Made by a program: the position numbers and the translations under genes
The notes under the pieces: generated by a model
What the model was told of the DNA's origin: nothing
Databases searched by the model: none
Seen by the model: the letters and a program-made list of their open reading frames with translations, nothing else
Shown here: piece by piece, positions 49,954 to 59,030 of the stretch
Position numbering within the stretch: the stretch's first letter is position 1
Layout of the letters: every line of letters starts with the position of its first letter
DNA from: Actinopolymorphaceae bacterium
Lineage (GTDB): Bacteria; Actinomycetota; Actinomycetes; Propionibacteriales; DAIQRJ01
Length of the DNA stretch: 64,000 nucleotides
Reading direction: 5' to 3'
Assembly (NCBI GenBank): GCA_036786375.1
Contig: DAIQRJ010000016.1
Span: 3,965 to 67,964 of the forward strand

Positions 49954-52900
49954 CGGCCACCCTGCGACGGGCCGTGCACCTGACCCCGGAGCACATCGCC
50001 GACGCGCTCGAGCTGCCGCTGCCCACCCCCGAGCAGTCGCTCGTCATCAGCGCGCCGGTCGAGCCGGTCGCGGTGATCGCGGGAGCGGGATCGGGCAAGA
50101 CCGAGACCATGGCCGCCCGCGTCGTCTGGCTCGTCGCCAACGGCCATGCGCGCCCGGAGGAGGTGCTCGGGCTCACCTTCACCCGCAAGGCGGCCCGCGA
50201 ACTCGCCGGTCGCATCCGCAAACGGCTCGCCCAGCTCCGTGCGCGAGGGCTCGTCGACGAGCTCTCCCTCGACGGGGAGGCCAACGTCGCCACCTACGAC
50301 TCCTACGCCCAGCGGGTCGTGGCCGAGCACGCCGTCCGGCTCGGTCGGGAGCCCAATCCCCGGCTGCTCTCGCCGACCGTCGCCTGGCAGTACGCACAGC
50401 GCGTCGTCACCAGCTATGCCGGTCCGATGGATGTGCACGACAGCGCGCCGACGACGGTGCTCGACGACGTCCTGTCGCTGCACAACCAGATGTCCGGGCA
50501 CCTCGTCACCGCCGAGCAGATCCGGGCGCATCATCAGCGGATCACCGACAGGCTGACGTCACTCGCACCGGCAGCACGCGCCACCGGCGGCGTCTACAAG
50601 CAGACCAAAGACCTGCTCGTCTCGCTCCAGGAACGACTCCAGATCCTTCCGATCGTCGAGGAGTTCGGCTTGGCCCGGGCCGCCCGGGAGACGGTCGATT
50701 TCGCCGATCTCTCCGAGCTCGCCGCCCGCATCGCGGTCGAGTGCCCCGAGGTCCGCGTCGCCGAACGCGAGCGCTACCGCGTCGTCCTGCTCGATGAGTA
50801 CCAGGACACCTCGCACAGCCAGCTGGTCATGCTCCGAGGTCTCTTCGGCGACGGCCACGCGGTCACCGCGGTCGGCGATCCGTTCCAGGCCATCTACAGC
50901 TTCCGTGGCGCGAGCGCCGGCACCCTCGTCCGCTTCGGCGCGCAGTTCCGCCGCTCCGACGGCTCGGTCGCGTCGACGCAGTCGCTGTCCACGAGCTTCC
51001 GCAACCGTCCGTCGATCCTGCGTGTGGCGAACGCGCTCACCGGCGCGCTACGGACCGGCGACGGCGAGGTCACCGTGCAGGCGTTGCAGGCGAACGAGGC
51101 CGAGTGGGATCCCGGCCTGGTGCAGGTCGGGCTCTATCCGAGTGCCGAGGTCGAGGCCGACGCGATCGCGGACGGCATCGACCAGCTCTGGCGGCACGAC
51201 CCCGCGGTCAAGACCGTGGCCGTCCTGATGCGCAAGCGCCGGGGCATGGAGACCATCGCCGCCGCGCTGCGTGCCCGCAACCTTCCGGTCGAGGTGGTCG
51301 GCCTCGGCGGTCTCCTCTACGTTCCCGCGGTCGCCGACGTCGTGGCCACGCTGCGGGTGATCGCCGATCCGTCCCGCGGCGACGCGATGATGCGGCTGCT
51401 GACGGGCTCTCGCTGGCGTCTCGGCGCCCGCGACGTGGCCGCCCTCGGCCGACACGCGCGCAACCTCGCCAGGGCCGCGCGCGCCGACGGTGTGGCCAAC
51501 GTCGACCGGGCCGATGCGGTGACGCTGGTGGACGCGGTCGACGACGTCGCCCGGGTGGGTGGCCTCTCACCCGCGGGTCGTGACCGGGTCAGCCGGCTCG
51601 CCGCCGAGCTCCGGACGTTGCGGGCACGGGCCGGCGCCCCGCTGCCCGACCTCGTCGCCGAGGTCGTCCGCACGCTCCGCCTCGACATCGAGGTCGCTGC
51701 CGGTACCGGTGACGTCGCCACCGCCCGGGTCGATCTCGACGCGTTCACCCAGGTCGTCGCGGATTTCGCCCAGGACGCCGACGACACCCGGGTGACCACA
51801 TTCCTCGCCTATCTGGAGGCGGCTGAGGAGAACGAGGACGGCCTCGAGCCCGGAACCGCCGAGCTGTCCGAGGACCGCATCCAGATCGTCACCGTGCACG
51901 GCGCGAAGGGGCTGGAGTGGGACGCGGTGTTCGTCGCCGGGATGGCCGACAAGGTGTTCCCGTCCACCGTCGGCAACGCCAAGTGGACGACGAACGAGGG
52001 CCAGCTGCCCTACGTCCTGCGTGGGGACGCCGACAGCCTGCCCGAGCTCGACTTCAGCGGCGCCGTCGACCACGTCGACGCCCGCGACGCCATCAACGCC
52101 TTCGACGAGGTGTGCAAGGTCCACAATCTGCTCGAGGAGACCCGGCTCGCCTACGTCGCACTGACGCGGGCCCGTCGTGTCCTCGTGTGCACGAGCTCGC
52201 GCTGGGACGGCGGCAGGAAGCCTCGTGGCATCAGCAGCTTCCTCGAGATCGCGCGCGAGCAGGTGCTTGCGATCCAGGCAGACGGACTGCCCGCGGACCT
52301 CCTCGCGTGGTGTGACGACGAGCAGCTCGACGAGGTCGCGCCGACGCCGCCCAGCGCGGTGCGCGACTCCCGCTGGCCCTACGACGGGATGGCCGCGCGG
52401 CGGGCACAGGTCGAAGCGGGTGCAGCCGTCGTCCGGGTGGCCCGGGCCCGCCTGGCCGACGACGCCGAGACACTGCCGTTCGAGCTGCCGGACTTGCTCG
52501 AGGCGCCGACGCCGGAGGTATCCGACGCCGTCGCCGATGCCGGACTCGAGTGGTCCGGCGACGTCGACCTTCTACTGGCGGAGCTCGCCACTCGTTCGGC
52601 GACCCGCGACGTCGTCGTCGAGCTGCCCGAGCACCTGTCGGTGAGCCAGCTGGTCGAGCTGAGCCGGGACCCGCAGGCGCTTGCCCGCAGGCTGCGCCGC
52701 CCGATGCCGCACGAGCCCGACGTCCTCGCCAGGCGGGGCACCGCCTTTCACGCGTGGCTCGAGCAACGCTTCGGCCAGCCGGCCCTGCTCGACGTCACCG
52801 AGCTGCCCGGCTCGGCCGACGACGGCAGCGTCGGCGACCACCGGCTCCCGCAGCTCCAGCAGGCGTTCCTCGAGTCGGACTGGGCGCAGCGCCGTCCGGT

Positions 52901-53273
52901 CGAGGTCGAGCCGGCGTTCGAGCTGGTGCTCGACGACATCGTCATCCGCGGCCGCGTGGACGCGGTTTTCGATGACGACGACGACGACGGCGACGGTGTC
53001 GAGGTGGTCGACTGGAAGACCGGGGTACCGCCTGCCCCCGGCCCGGCCGAACGGGCCGCGTCGGTCCAGCTGGCCGCGTACCGGCTCGCGTTCGCGCACC
53101 TGCTCGGGCTCCCGCTCGAGCGCGTCAGCGCCGCGTTCCACTACGTCGCGCACGGCCTGACCCGGCGTCCGACCGACCTGCTCGACCGCGACGGCCTGCT
53201 CGGGCTCGTGCGCTCGGTGGAGGCCGCGGCGACGGCCCCGCCGCGGCCGGCGACGAGGCGGGCGCAGCGGTGA
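49950..53273 (+). CDS. adnB: UvrD-like helicase / RecB-like nuclease subunit (AdnB-like, Rv3201c-like)
   Basis: GTGA overlap with adnA. ...VIAGAGSGKTETMAARV..., ...LLDEYQDTSHSQ..., nuclease motifs GRVDAVF...VEVVDWKTG...QLAAYRLA. Confidence 0.85.
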   Translation: MTATLRRAVHLTPEHIADALELPLPTPEQSLVISAPVEPVAVIAGAGSGKTETMAARVVWLVANGHARPEEVLGLTFTRKAARELAGRIRKRLAQLRARGLVDELSLDGEANVATYDSYAQRVVAEHAVRLGREPNPRLLSPTVAWQYAQRVVTSYAGPMDVHDSAPTTVLDDVLSLHNQMSGHLVTAEQIRAHHQRITDRLTSLAPAARATGGVYKQTKDLLVSLQERLQILPIVEEFGLARAARETVDFADLSELAARIAVECPEVRVAERERYRVVLLDEYQDTSHSQLVMLRGLFGDGHAVTAVGDPFQAIYSFRGASAGTLVRFGAQFRRSDGSVASTQSLSTSFRNRPSILRVANALTGALRTGDGEVTVQALQANEAEWDPGLVQVGLYPSAEVEADAIADGIDQLWRHDPAVKTVAVLMRKRRGMETIAAALRARNLPVEVVGLGGLLYVPAVADVVATLRVIADPSRGDAMMRLLTGSRWRLGARDVAALGRHARNLARAARADGVANVDRADAVTLVDAVDDVARVGGLSPAGRDRVSRLAAELRTLRARAGAPLPDLVAEVVRTLRLDIEVAAGTGDVATARVDLDAFTQVVADFAQDADDTRVTTFLAYLEAAEENEDGLEPGTAELSEDRIQIVTVHGAKGLEWDAVFVAGMADKVFPSTVGNAKWTTNEGQLPYVLRGDADSLPELDFSGAVDHVDARDAINAFDEVCKVHNLLEETRLAYVALTRARRVLVCTSSRWDGGRKPRGISSFLEIAREQVLAIQADGLPADLLAWCDDEQLDEVAPTPPSAVRDSRWPYDGMAARRAQVEAGAAVVRVARARLADDAETLPFELPDLLEAPTPEVSDAVADAGLEWSGDVDLLLAELATRSATRDVVVELPEHLSVSQLVELSRDPQALARRLRRPMPHEPDVLARRGTAFHAWLEQRFGQPALLDVTELPGSADDGSVGDHRLPQLQQAFLESDWAQRRPVEVEPAFELVLDDIVIRGRVDAVFDDDDDDGDGVEVVDWKTGVPPAPGPAERAASVQLAAYRLAFAHLLGLPLERVSAAFHYVAHGLTRRPTDLLDRDGLLGLVRSVEAAATAPPRPATRRAQR

Positions 53274-53450
53274 TGTGAATGTCATCACCCGTCACACCGG
53301 CGAGCCACCCTGGAGGCGTGACCGGCCTCGCGGACCCCGTGCGCACCGGACGGGGATCTGTGGCTCGACGTGCTCGAATCGACCGGCCAGCCGTTGAAGA
53401 TGGGCGTCGACTGACACGTTCGGATCCGGGTCAGTCGGGTCAGGCCGCGG

Positions 53451-54164
53451 TCAGGCCGTGACGGTGGCCAGCGCCACGCCGATCATCTCGCCGAAGGTGC
53501 GCTCGCGGTCGTCCGCGCTCGTCGACTCACCGGTCGTGACGTGGTCGCTGACCGTCAACACAGCAAGGGCTTTCCGGCCGAGCTGGCCCGCGAGCGTGTA
53601 GAGCGCGCTGGCCTCCATCTCGACCGCCAGGACGCCGTGATCGACCATCAGCTGGGTCACCTCGGGCCGCGGCTGGTAGAACGCGTCGGAGGAGAGCACC
53701 GGCCCGACGACGACGGACTGACCTGCTTTCTCAGCAGCCTGATATGCCTTGAGCAGCAGTCCGAAGTCCGCGCACGGCGCGAAGTCCCAACCGTGGAAGC
53801 GATTGCGGTTCATGCCCGAGTCGGTGCAGGCAGTCTGGGCGAGCACGATGTCGCGCAGCTTCAGATCGAGGCTGAGCGCGCCGCAGGTGCCGACCCGCAC
53901 GATGGTCTGGACGTCGTACTCGGAGAACAGCTCGTGGGCGTAGATCGAGATCGAGGGGAGCCCCATCCCCGATCCCTGCACCGAGAGGCGCGTGCCGTTG
54001 TAGGTGCCGGTGAACCCCAGCATGTTGCGGGTGCGCGAATAGCAGACCGGGTTCTCGAAGAACGTCTCGGCGATCCACTGCGCCCGCAGCGGATCGCCGG
54101 GCATGAGGACGGTGTCGGCGATGTCGCCGGGCTGGGCTGCGATGTGGATGCTCACGGGCGTCAT
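53451..54164 (-). CDS. deoD: purine-nucleoside phosphorylase, DeoD (hexameric) type
   Basis: MTPVSIHIAAQPGDIADTVLMPGDPLRAQWIAETFFENPVCYSRTRNMLGFTGTYNGTRLSVQGSGMGLPSISIY... aligns closely with my recollection of E. coli DeoD. The N-terminal extension of track ORF 53451..54584 is rejected. Confidence 0.9.
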   Translation of the reverse strand: MTPVSIHIAAQPGDIADTVLMPGDPLRAQWIAETFFENPVCYSRTRNMLGFTGTYNGTRLSVQGSGMGLPSISIYAHELFSEYDVQTIVRVGTCGALSLDLKLRDIVLAQTACTDSGMNRNRFHGWDFAPCADFGLLLKAYQAAEKAGQSVVVGPVLSSDAFYQPRPEVTQLMVDHGVLAVEMEASALYTLAGQLGRKALAVLTVSDHVTTGESTSADDRERTFGEMIGVALATVTA

Positions 54165-54188
54165 CCTGCCCGATGGCACTGACCCGCG

Positions 54189-54224
54189 ATGACTGGGCTC
54201 ATGACTGGGCAGATGACTAGACTT
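54189..54224. repeat. three tandem 12-nt direct repeats between divergent deoD and nudC
   Basis: ATGACTGGGCtc / ATGACTGGGCag / ATGACTAGACtt (54189-54224). The third copy contains TAGACT (54218-54223), a -10-like hexamer. Confidence 0.7.
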
Positions 54225-54231
54225 GGCCAAC

Positions 54232-55179
54232 GTGCCCGCGCTGCCCGAACTCCCCTTGAGCCACGGAACCGTCGACTTCGCCTCCGAACGCCGGGAGGAC
54301 GCGGGGTGGCTCGCCGAGCGGGTGGCCGACCCGACCTCCCGGGTGCTGCTGATGCGCGGCTTCGAGGCCGTCGTCACGGCCGACGCGACCGCCGTCCACT
54401 GGTTCTCCCCGGCCGAGGCCGGCACCGGCACTCTCGGGCCCGTCTTCCTCGGGATCGGCGCCGGAACCGACGACGCCGGCGTCGCGTACTTCGCGGTGAT
54501 GGACCCGGCCGACGTGCCGCTGCCCGAGGTCGAGGGTCTGGGTGCCGACGGCCCGACGACGGCCACGCTGCGCGACGTCGGCATGCTGCTCTCACCGACC
54601 GACGCCGGCCTCGTCGTGCATGCCCTCGCGCTGGCGCGCTGGCATCAGAACCACCGTTTCTGCGCCCGCTGCGGCGCGGCCAGCGACGTCGCGAGCGCTG
54701 GCCACACGCGACGCTGCCCGGTCTGCAACGCGCAGCACTTCCCGCGCACCGACGCCGCGATCATCGTGCTGATCACCGACGCCGAGGACCGCGCGCTGCT
54801 GATCCACGGAGCGGCCTGGGTCGAGGGCCAGTACTCGACGCTCGCGGGCTTCGTGGAACCCGGCGAGTCGCTCGAGGCCGCTGTCATCCGCGAGGTGGGC
54901 GAGGAGTCCGGCATCACCGTCGTCGATCCCGTCTACGCCGGCAGCCAGCCGTGGCCGTTCCCGGCGAGCCTGATGCTCGGCTACTTCGCCACCGCGGCGA
55001 CCACCGATGTCAGCACCGACGACGTAGAAGTGACCGCGGCTCGCTGGTTCACCCGGGACGACTTCAAGGCCGAGGTCGAAGCCGGGCACGTGCGGACGTC
55101 GAGCGGACTGTCGATCTCGCATCAGCTGATCAAGCAGTGGTACGGCGGCCCGCTCCCGGTCGGCCCCCTCCACTCCTGA
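54232..55179 (+). CDS. nudC: NAD(+) diphosphatase (NADH pyrophosphatase, Nudix)
   Basis: Zinc ribbon FCARCGAASDVASAGHTRRCPVCNAQHFPR. Nudix box GFVEPGESLEAAVIREVGEESGI. Start GTG 54232 (8 nt after TAGACT) or TTG 54223. Confidence 0.85.
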   Translation: MPALPELPLSHGTVDFASERREDAGWLAERVADPTSRVLLMRGFEAVVTADATAVHWFSPAEAGTGTLGPVFLGIGAGTDDAGVAYFAVMDPADVPLPEVEGLGADGPTTATLRDVGMLLSPTDAGLVVHALALARWHQNHRFCARCGAASDVASAGHTRRCPVCNAQHFPRTDAAIIVLITDAEDRALLIHGAAWVEGQYSTLAGFVEPGESLEAAVIREVGEESGITVVDPVYAGSQPWPFPASLMLGYFATAATTDVSTDDVEVTAARWFTRDDFKAEVEAGHVRTSSGLSISHQLIKQWYGGPLPVGPLHS

Positions 55180-55935
55180 TCAGGACCGCACCTCACCGAT
55201 TCCGGTGTGCACCTCGCCGGAGCGGAACCGGGCGTCCACGACATAACCGAGCCGGGCGTACATCCGCAGGGCCGGCGCGTTCGAGCTGTAGGCGTCGAGT
55301 GTGACCGTCGGTTGGCCGGCCGCGAGGCCCACCCGTGTCAGCACGGCGGTCACGGCGCTGCCGAGCCCGCGCCCGCGGGCCGACGGGTGGGTGGCGATCC
55401 CGGACAGATGGGCTGACGGCGCCCCGCCGGTCCGCACCGCTCCGACGGCCAGCAGCCGCGTGCCGGCGTCGTCGAGGACGCCCCACCACTGCGAGTCGTC
55501 ACGTTCGGGCCGGCCCCACCCCTGCGGGCTCGACTCGTCCAGGAAGGTGGAGATCGCCGTGGCCCACCGGCGCAGCGGGAGGGTGGTCACCGCGTCCGCG
55601 CCGGCGACATCGGGGGCCGACTCGGTACTGAACGCGGTCCAGCCGGTCCAGTCGCGCACCTGCCAGGCGGCAGGCAACGCGTCGGTGGCGTCGGCCGTGA
55701 CGCTCACCCGGCTGGGCGGCGGGATGGTCCGGGACAGGAGGTCGAGGAGGACGCCGAGATCGTCGCGGTCGCCGAGGCACACCAGCCCCGGGTCGTCGCC
55801 GATCTCGTGCACAGGTGCGAAGACGGTGGCCGATCGGTGCCGCCAGAAACCGAGGACGGATACCGGATCGACGTGCCGTCGTAGATAGGGGTGGTCGGTC
55901 GCGGCAATCGTCGTCGAGCCCGAGATGTCTGCCAC
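55180..55935 (-). CDS. GNAT family N-acetyltransferase
   Basis: C-terminal half ...HLSGIATHPSARGRGLGSAVTAVLTRVGL...LDAYSSNAPALRMYARLGYV... (acetyl-CoA binding motif). Confidence 0.8.
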   Translation of the reverse strand: MADISGSTTIAATDHPYLRRHVDPVSVLGFWRHRSATVFAPVHEIGDDPGLVCLGDRDDLGVLLDLLSRTIPPPSRVSVTADATDALPAAWQVRDWTGWTAFSTESAPDVAGADAVTTLPLRRWATAISTFLDESSPQGWGRPERDDSQWWGVLDDAGTRLLAVGAVRTGGAPSAHLSGIATHPSARGRGLGSAVTAVLTRVGLAAGQPTVTLDAYSSNAPALRMYARLGYVVDARFRSGEVHTGIGEVRS

Positions 55936-55978
55936 GGCGTCAGTCTGGCAACGTGTCAGCGGACCGGGCCCACCGGGA

Positions 55979-56263
55979 TCATGCGGCGGCGAGCTCCGCG
56001 AGCTTCGCCTGGACCCGGCCGGCGCCGGGGTTCGTCATCGTGGTGCCGTCGGCATAGACGACCGTCGGAACCGTCCGGTTGCCGTTGTTCGCCGCGGTGA
56101 CGATGTCGGCTGCCGCGGGCACAGCCCCGATGTCGACCTCGAGGTAGAGGACCTCGGCGGCGTCGAGCGTGTACTTCAGCCGGGCGCAGTAGCCGCACCA
56201 CGACGTCGTGTAGATCGTCGGGGGAGTCGGCTCGGGTGCGCCGGGGGGAGTGGGGGCAAGCAT
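55979..56263 (-). CDS. mycoredoxin (glutaredoxin-like, CGYC active site; Rv3198A-like)
   Basis: ...TIYTTSWCGYCARLKYTLDAAEVLYLEVDI...NRTVPTVVYADGTTMTNP... ATG 56263 inside track ORF 55979..56350. Confidence 0.85.
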   Translation of the reverse strand: MLAPTPPGAPEPTPPTIYTTSWCGYCARLKYTLDAAEVLYLEVDIGAVPAAADIVTAANNGNRTVPTVVYADGTTMTNPGAGRVQAKLAELAAA

Positions 56264-56371
56264 GCGGTTGGCCTCTCGCGAGCGGGAAGGGGATGGACGA
56301 CACGGGTCAACAGCTTCCAACCTGCGCCGGTGGTGCGGCATTCCGTCCACACCCGACGGCCTGTGGACGCA

Positions 56372-56399
56372 TGTCGGCGGGTCTTGCGAAGATGCTCCG
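56372..56399 (+). promoter_or_regulatory. RecA-NDp/PafBC-like promoter candidate giving a leaderless uvrD2 mRNA
   Basis: TGTCGGCG (56372-56379), 8 nt, GAAGAT (56388-56393), 6 nt, GTG 56400. Same geometry as upstream of adnA. Confidence 0.4.
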
Positions 56400-58541
56400 G
56401 TGTCCCCCTCCAGTCAGCCGACCGTGACCGGTCCCGCCGACGCCGGGGCGATCACCGCCGACTCCATCCTCGCGGCGCTCGATCCCGAACAGGCCGCCGC
56501 CGCCCGCGCGGTCAGCGGGCCGGTGTGCATCCTCGCCGGCGCCGGCACGGGCAAGACCCGCACCATCACCCACCGCATCGCCTACGCCGTGCACGCGGGC
56601 ATCTGGCGTCCCCGCGAGGTTCTCGCCGTCACGTTCACCACCCGGGCCGCCGGTGAGATGCGCACGCGGCTGGGCGCGCTGGGCGTCGGCGGCGTGTCCG
56701 CGCGCACGTTCCACTCCGCCGCGCTGCGCCAGGCCCGGTTCTTCTGGCCGCAGGTGCACGGCCGCGACCTGCCGGCCATCCTCGAGTCGAAGATCCCGCT
56801 GGTGGCCGAGGCGGCGTCGCGCAACCGGGTCGCGCTCGACGTGAGCGGCCGTCGCGACCTCGCCAGCGAGATCGAGTGGGCCAAGGTCAGCAACGTCTCG
56901 CCCGACACCTACGCAGCACTCGCCCCGAAGGCCGGCCGCGACGTTGCGGGTCTCGACCCGTCGGTCGTCGCACGGGTCTTCGCCGGCTACGAGGAGCTCC
57001 GCCGCGACCGCGACCGAATCGACCTCGAGGACGTCCTTCTGTGTGCGGCCGGACTGATCGCGGGGGACGAGCGGGTCGCCGCCACCGTGCGCGGTCAGTA
57101 CCGGCACCTGATCGTCGACGAGTACCAGGACGTCTCACCGCTCGCCCAGGCCTTGCTCGATCTGTGGCTGGGGAAGTCACGCGACATCTGTGTGGTCGGC
57201 GATCCGACACAGACGATCTACTCCTTCGCCGGCGCGACGTCGGCACACCTGACCGGGTTCACGAAGCGCTACCCGGAGGCGACCGTCGTCAAGCTCCGCC
57301 GCGACTACCGCTCCACCCCCGAGGTCGTCCGCGCCGCGAACGCCCTGATGTCGCGGGCCGACGCGGCCACCCGCAGCAGTCACGTGCCACTGGAGAGCCA
57401 GCGTGAGCCCGGACCGGCGGTCGAGTTCGGCGAACATCCCGACGAGGTCGCCGAGGCGGCGTCGGTCGCGAGCCGGATCCGGCGGCTGACCCAGGGCGGC
57501 CTGCCGGCTGCGCAGATCGCCGTCCTGTACCGCATCAACGCCCAGTCCGAGGCGGTGGAGCAAGCGCTCGCCGACGTCGGCGTCGCCTACCAGGTGCGTG
57601 GCGGCGAGCGCTTCTTCGACCGTCGTGAGGTCCGCGAGGCGGTGGCGTTGCTGCGCGGAGCCGCGGTCGCGGAGGGGGACGAGCCGGCCGATGACCTCGG
57701 CGAGACCGTCCGCGCGATTCTCAGTGGCGCCGGCTGGAGCACCACCCCGCCGGCCGGCATCGGCCGCGTGCGCGAGCGCTGGGAGTCCCTCACCGCGCTC
57801 GTCGATCTGGCCGACGACATCTCCGGGCCGGAGAGCGCGGTACCGGGCATCACGTCGCTGCGGGCGTTCGTCCGCCTGCTGGCCGAGCGTGCCGAGGCCC
57901 AGCACGCACCTGGCCTCAACGGCGTCACCCTCTCGACGCTGCACGCCGCCAAGGGCCTCGAGTGGGAACAGGTGTTCCTGGTCGGCCTGCACGAGGGCAT
58001 GCTCCCGTCGATCCAGGCGAAGACGCCCAAGGAGGTCGAGGAGGAGCGCCGGCTCCTCTACGTCGGCATGACCCGGGCCGCGGTGGGGCTCTCGCTCTCG
58101 TGGTCGCTGTCGCGGACGCCCGGCGGCGCCGCCCGCCGTCGACCGAGCAGGTTCCTCGACGGCGTGCGCCCGGTCAGCTCGTCCGGCCGTGACGGCGTCG
58201 ACGCACCCGGGCGTGGATCCCGCACCCGCGCCTCCGCGAAGGTGCCGCGCTGCCGGGTCTGCTCGACGCCACTGACCGATCCGGCCGAACGCCGTCTCGG
58301 CCGCTGCCGCAACTGCCCGAGCAACCTCGACGAGGAGCTCTTCGAGCGGCTCAAGGCCTGGCGGCTGGAGACCGCCCGCGAGCTCAAGCAGCCCGCGTTC
58401 GTCATCTTCACCGACGCCGCGCTGACCGCCATCGCCGAGCGCAAGCCCACCGACGACGCCGGCATGCTCGCGATCCCCGGTGTCGGGGCGCACAAGCTGG
58501 AGAAGTTCGGCGCCGACATCATCGCCATCTGCGCGGGCTGA
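56400..58541 (+). CDS. uvrD2: ATP-dependent DNA helicase UvrD2 (UvrD-like core, tetracysteine module, HRDC domain)
   Basis: ...ILAGAGTGKTRTITHR..., ...LIVDEYQDVSP..., CRVCSTPLTDPAERRLGRCRNCP, HRDC ...LFERLKAWRLETARELKQPAFVIFTDAALTAIAERKP... Confidence 0.9.
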   Translation: MSPSSQPTVTGPADAGAITADSILAALDPEQAAAARAVSGPVCILAGAGTGKTRTITHRIAYAVHAGIWRPREVLAVTFTTRAAGEMRTRLGALGVGGVSARTFHSAALRQARFFWPQVHGRDLPAILESKIPLVAEAASRNRVALDVSGRRDLASEIEWAKVSNVSPDTYAALAPKAGRDVAGLDPSVVARVFAGYEELRRDRDRIDLEDVLLCAAGLIAGDERVAATVRGQYRHLIVDEYQDVSPLAQALLDLWLGKSRDICVVGDPTQTIYSFAGATSAHLTGFTKRYPEATVVKLRRDYRSTPEVVRAANALMSRADAATRSSHVPLESQREPGPAVEFGEHPDEVAEAASVASRIRRLTQGGLPAAQIAVLYRINAQSEAVEQALADVGVAYQVRGGERFFDRREVREAVALLRGAAVAEGDEPADDLGETVRAILSGAGWSTTPPAGIGRVRERWESLTALVDLADDISGPESAVPGITSLRAFVRLLAERAEAQHAPGLNGVTLSTLHAAKGLEWEQVFLVGLHEGMLPSIQAKTPKEVEEERRLLYVGMTRAAVGLSLSWSLSRTPGGAARRRPSRFLDGVRPVSSSGRDGVDAPGRGSRTRASAKVPRCRVCSTPLTDPAERRLGRCRNCPSNLDEELFERLKAWRLETARELKQPAFVIFTDAALTAIAERKPTDDAGMLAIPGVGAHKLEKFGADIIAICAG

Positions 58542-58640
58542 CACGCCCGCGCGAAACCCGGGAATCGTCCTACCTGCAAGCGATCCCATGATGCGGTGGG
58601 GACCCTGATGGCGGCCGGTCAGTGCATCCGGTGAACGACG

Positions 58641-58692
58641 CGAAGATTTCTCCGTTATTCGTTGGACGTCCCCCGAGGACTCGACGTACTCT
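58641..58692 (+). promoter_or_regulatory. AT-rich patch plus -35/-10-like hexamers: candidate whiB7 promoter
   Basis: cgaagatttctccgttattcg (locally AT-rich), then TTGGAC (58662-58667) and TACTCT (58687-58692). The 19-nt spacing is longer than ideal, so confidence is low. Confidence 0.3.
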
Positions 58693-58766
58693 TCGGACAC
58701 ACCGCAACTCAAGGGCCATGTGACAGATGCCCCGCCCGACGATGACAGACCAGGAGGTGCCTTTCG

Positions 58767-58964
58767 ATGGAGATCAACAACCGCATGCAGACGAGCCCGG
58801 CCTACGGCCGCGGGTTCTCTGGTCGCGTTGTCGAAAGCGCCCGTCTGTCCCTGACGGGCGCGTCCGCACGTCAGCGCATCAGCCTCGTCCCGGCCGTCGG
58901 TGGCTTCACCGGCGATAGCTCTGCCCCGTTCGGTGTCGTCCGTTTCTCGGAGCCTTATTCGTAG
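58767..58964 (+). CDS. upstream ORF (65 codons) in the whiB7 leader
   Basis: AGGAGG (58752-58757) 9 nt before ATG 58767. MEINNRMQTSPAYGRGFSGRVVESARLSLTGASARQRISLVPAVGGFTGDSSAPFGVVRFSEPYS. Mostly G/C third positions. Ends 25 nt before the terminator hairpin. Confidence 0.5.
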   Translation: MEINNRMQTSPAYGRGFSGRVVESARLSLTGASARQRISLVPAVGGFTGDSSAPFGVVRFSEPYS

Positions 58965-58988
58965 ATCTCTACGCTGCAAGGCTTTCCG

Positions 58989-59030
58989 AGGCCACGGACC
59001 CCCAACCGGGATCCGTGGCCTTCTTGTTGT
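58989..59030 (+). terminator. intrinsic terminator (attenuator) between the uORF and whiB7
   Basis: aggccacggaccc-ccaacc-ggg(a)tccgtggcct: 13 bp with one bulge (58989-59021), followed by ttcttgttgt (59021-59030). Confidence 0.65.

Noticed and set aside
53279-53461. 60-aa ORF and small hairpins in the adnB/deoD convergent gap
   Set aside because: The ORF has no RBS and a low-complexity product. The 7-bp hairpin at 53269-53289 overlaps the adnB stop and lacks a U-tract. There is nothing beyond an ordinary 3' intergenic region.
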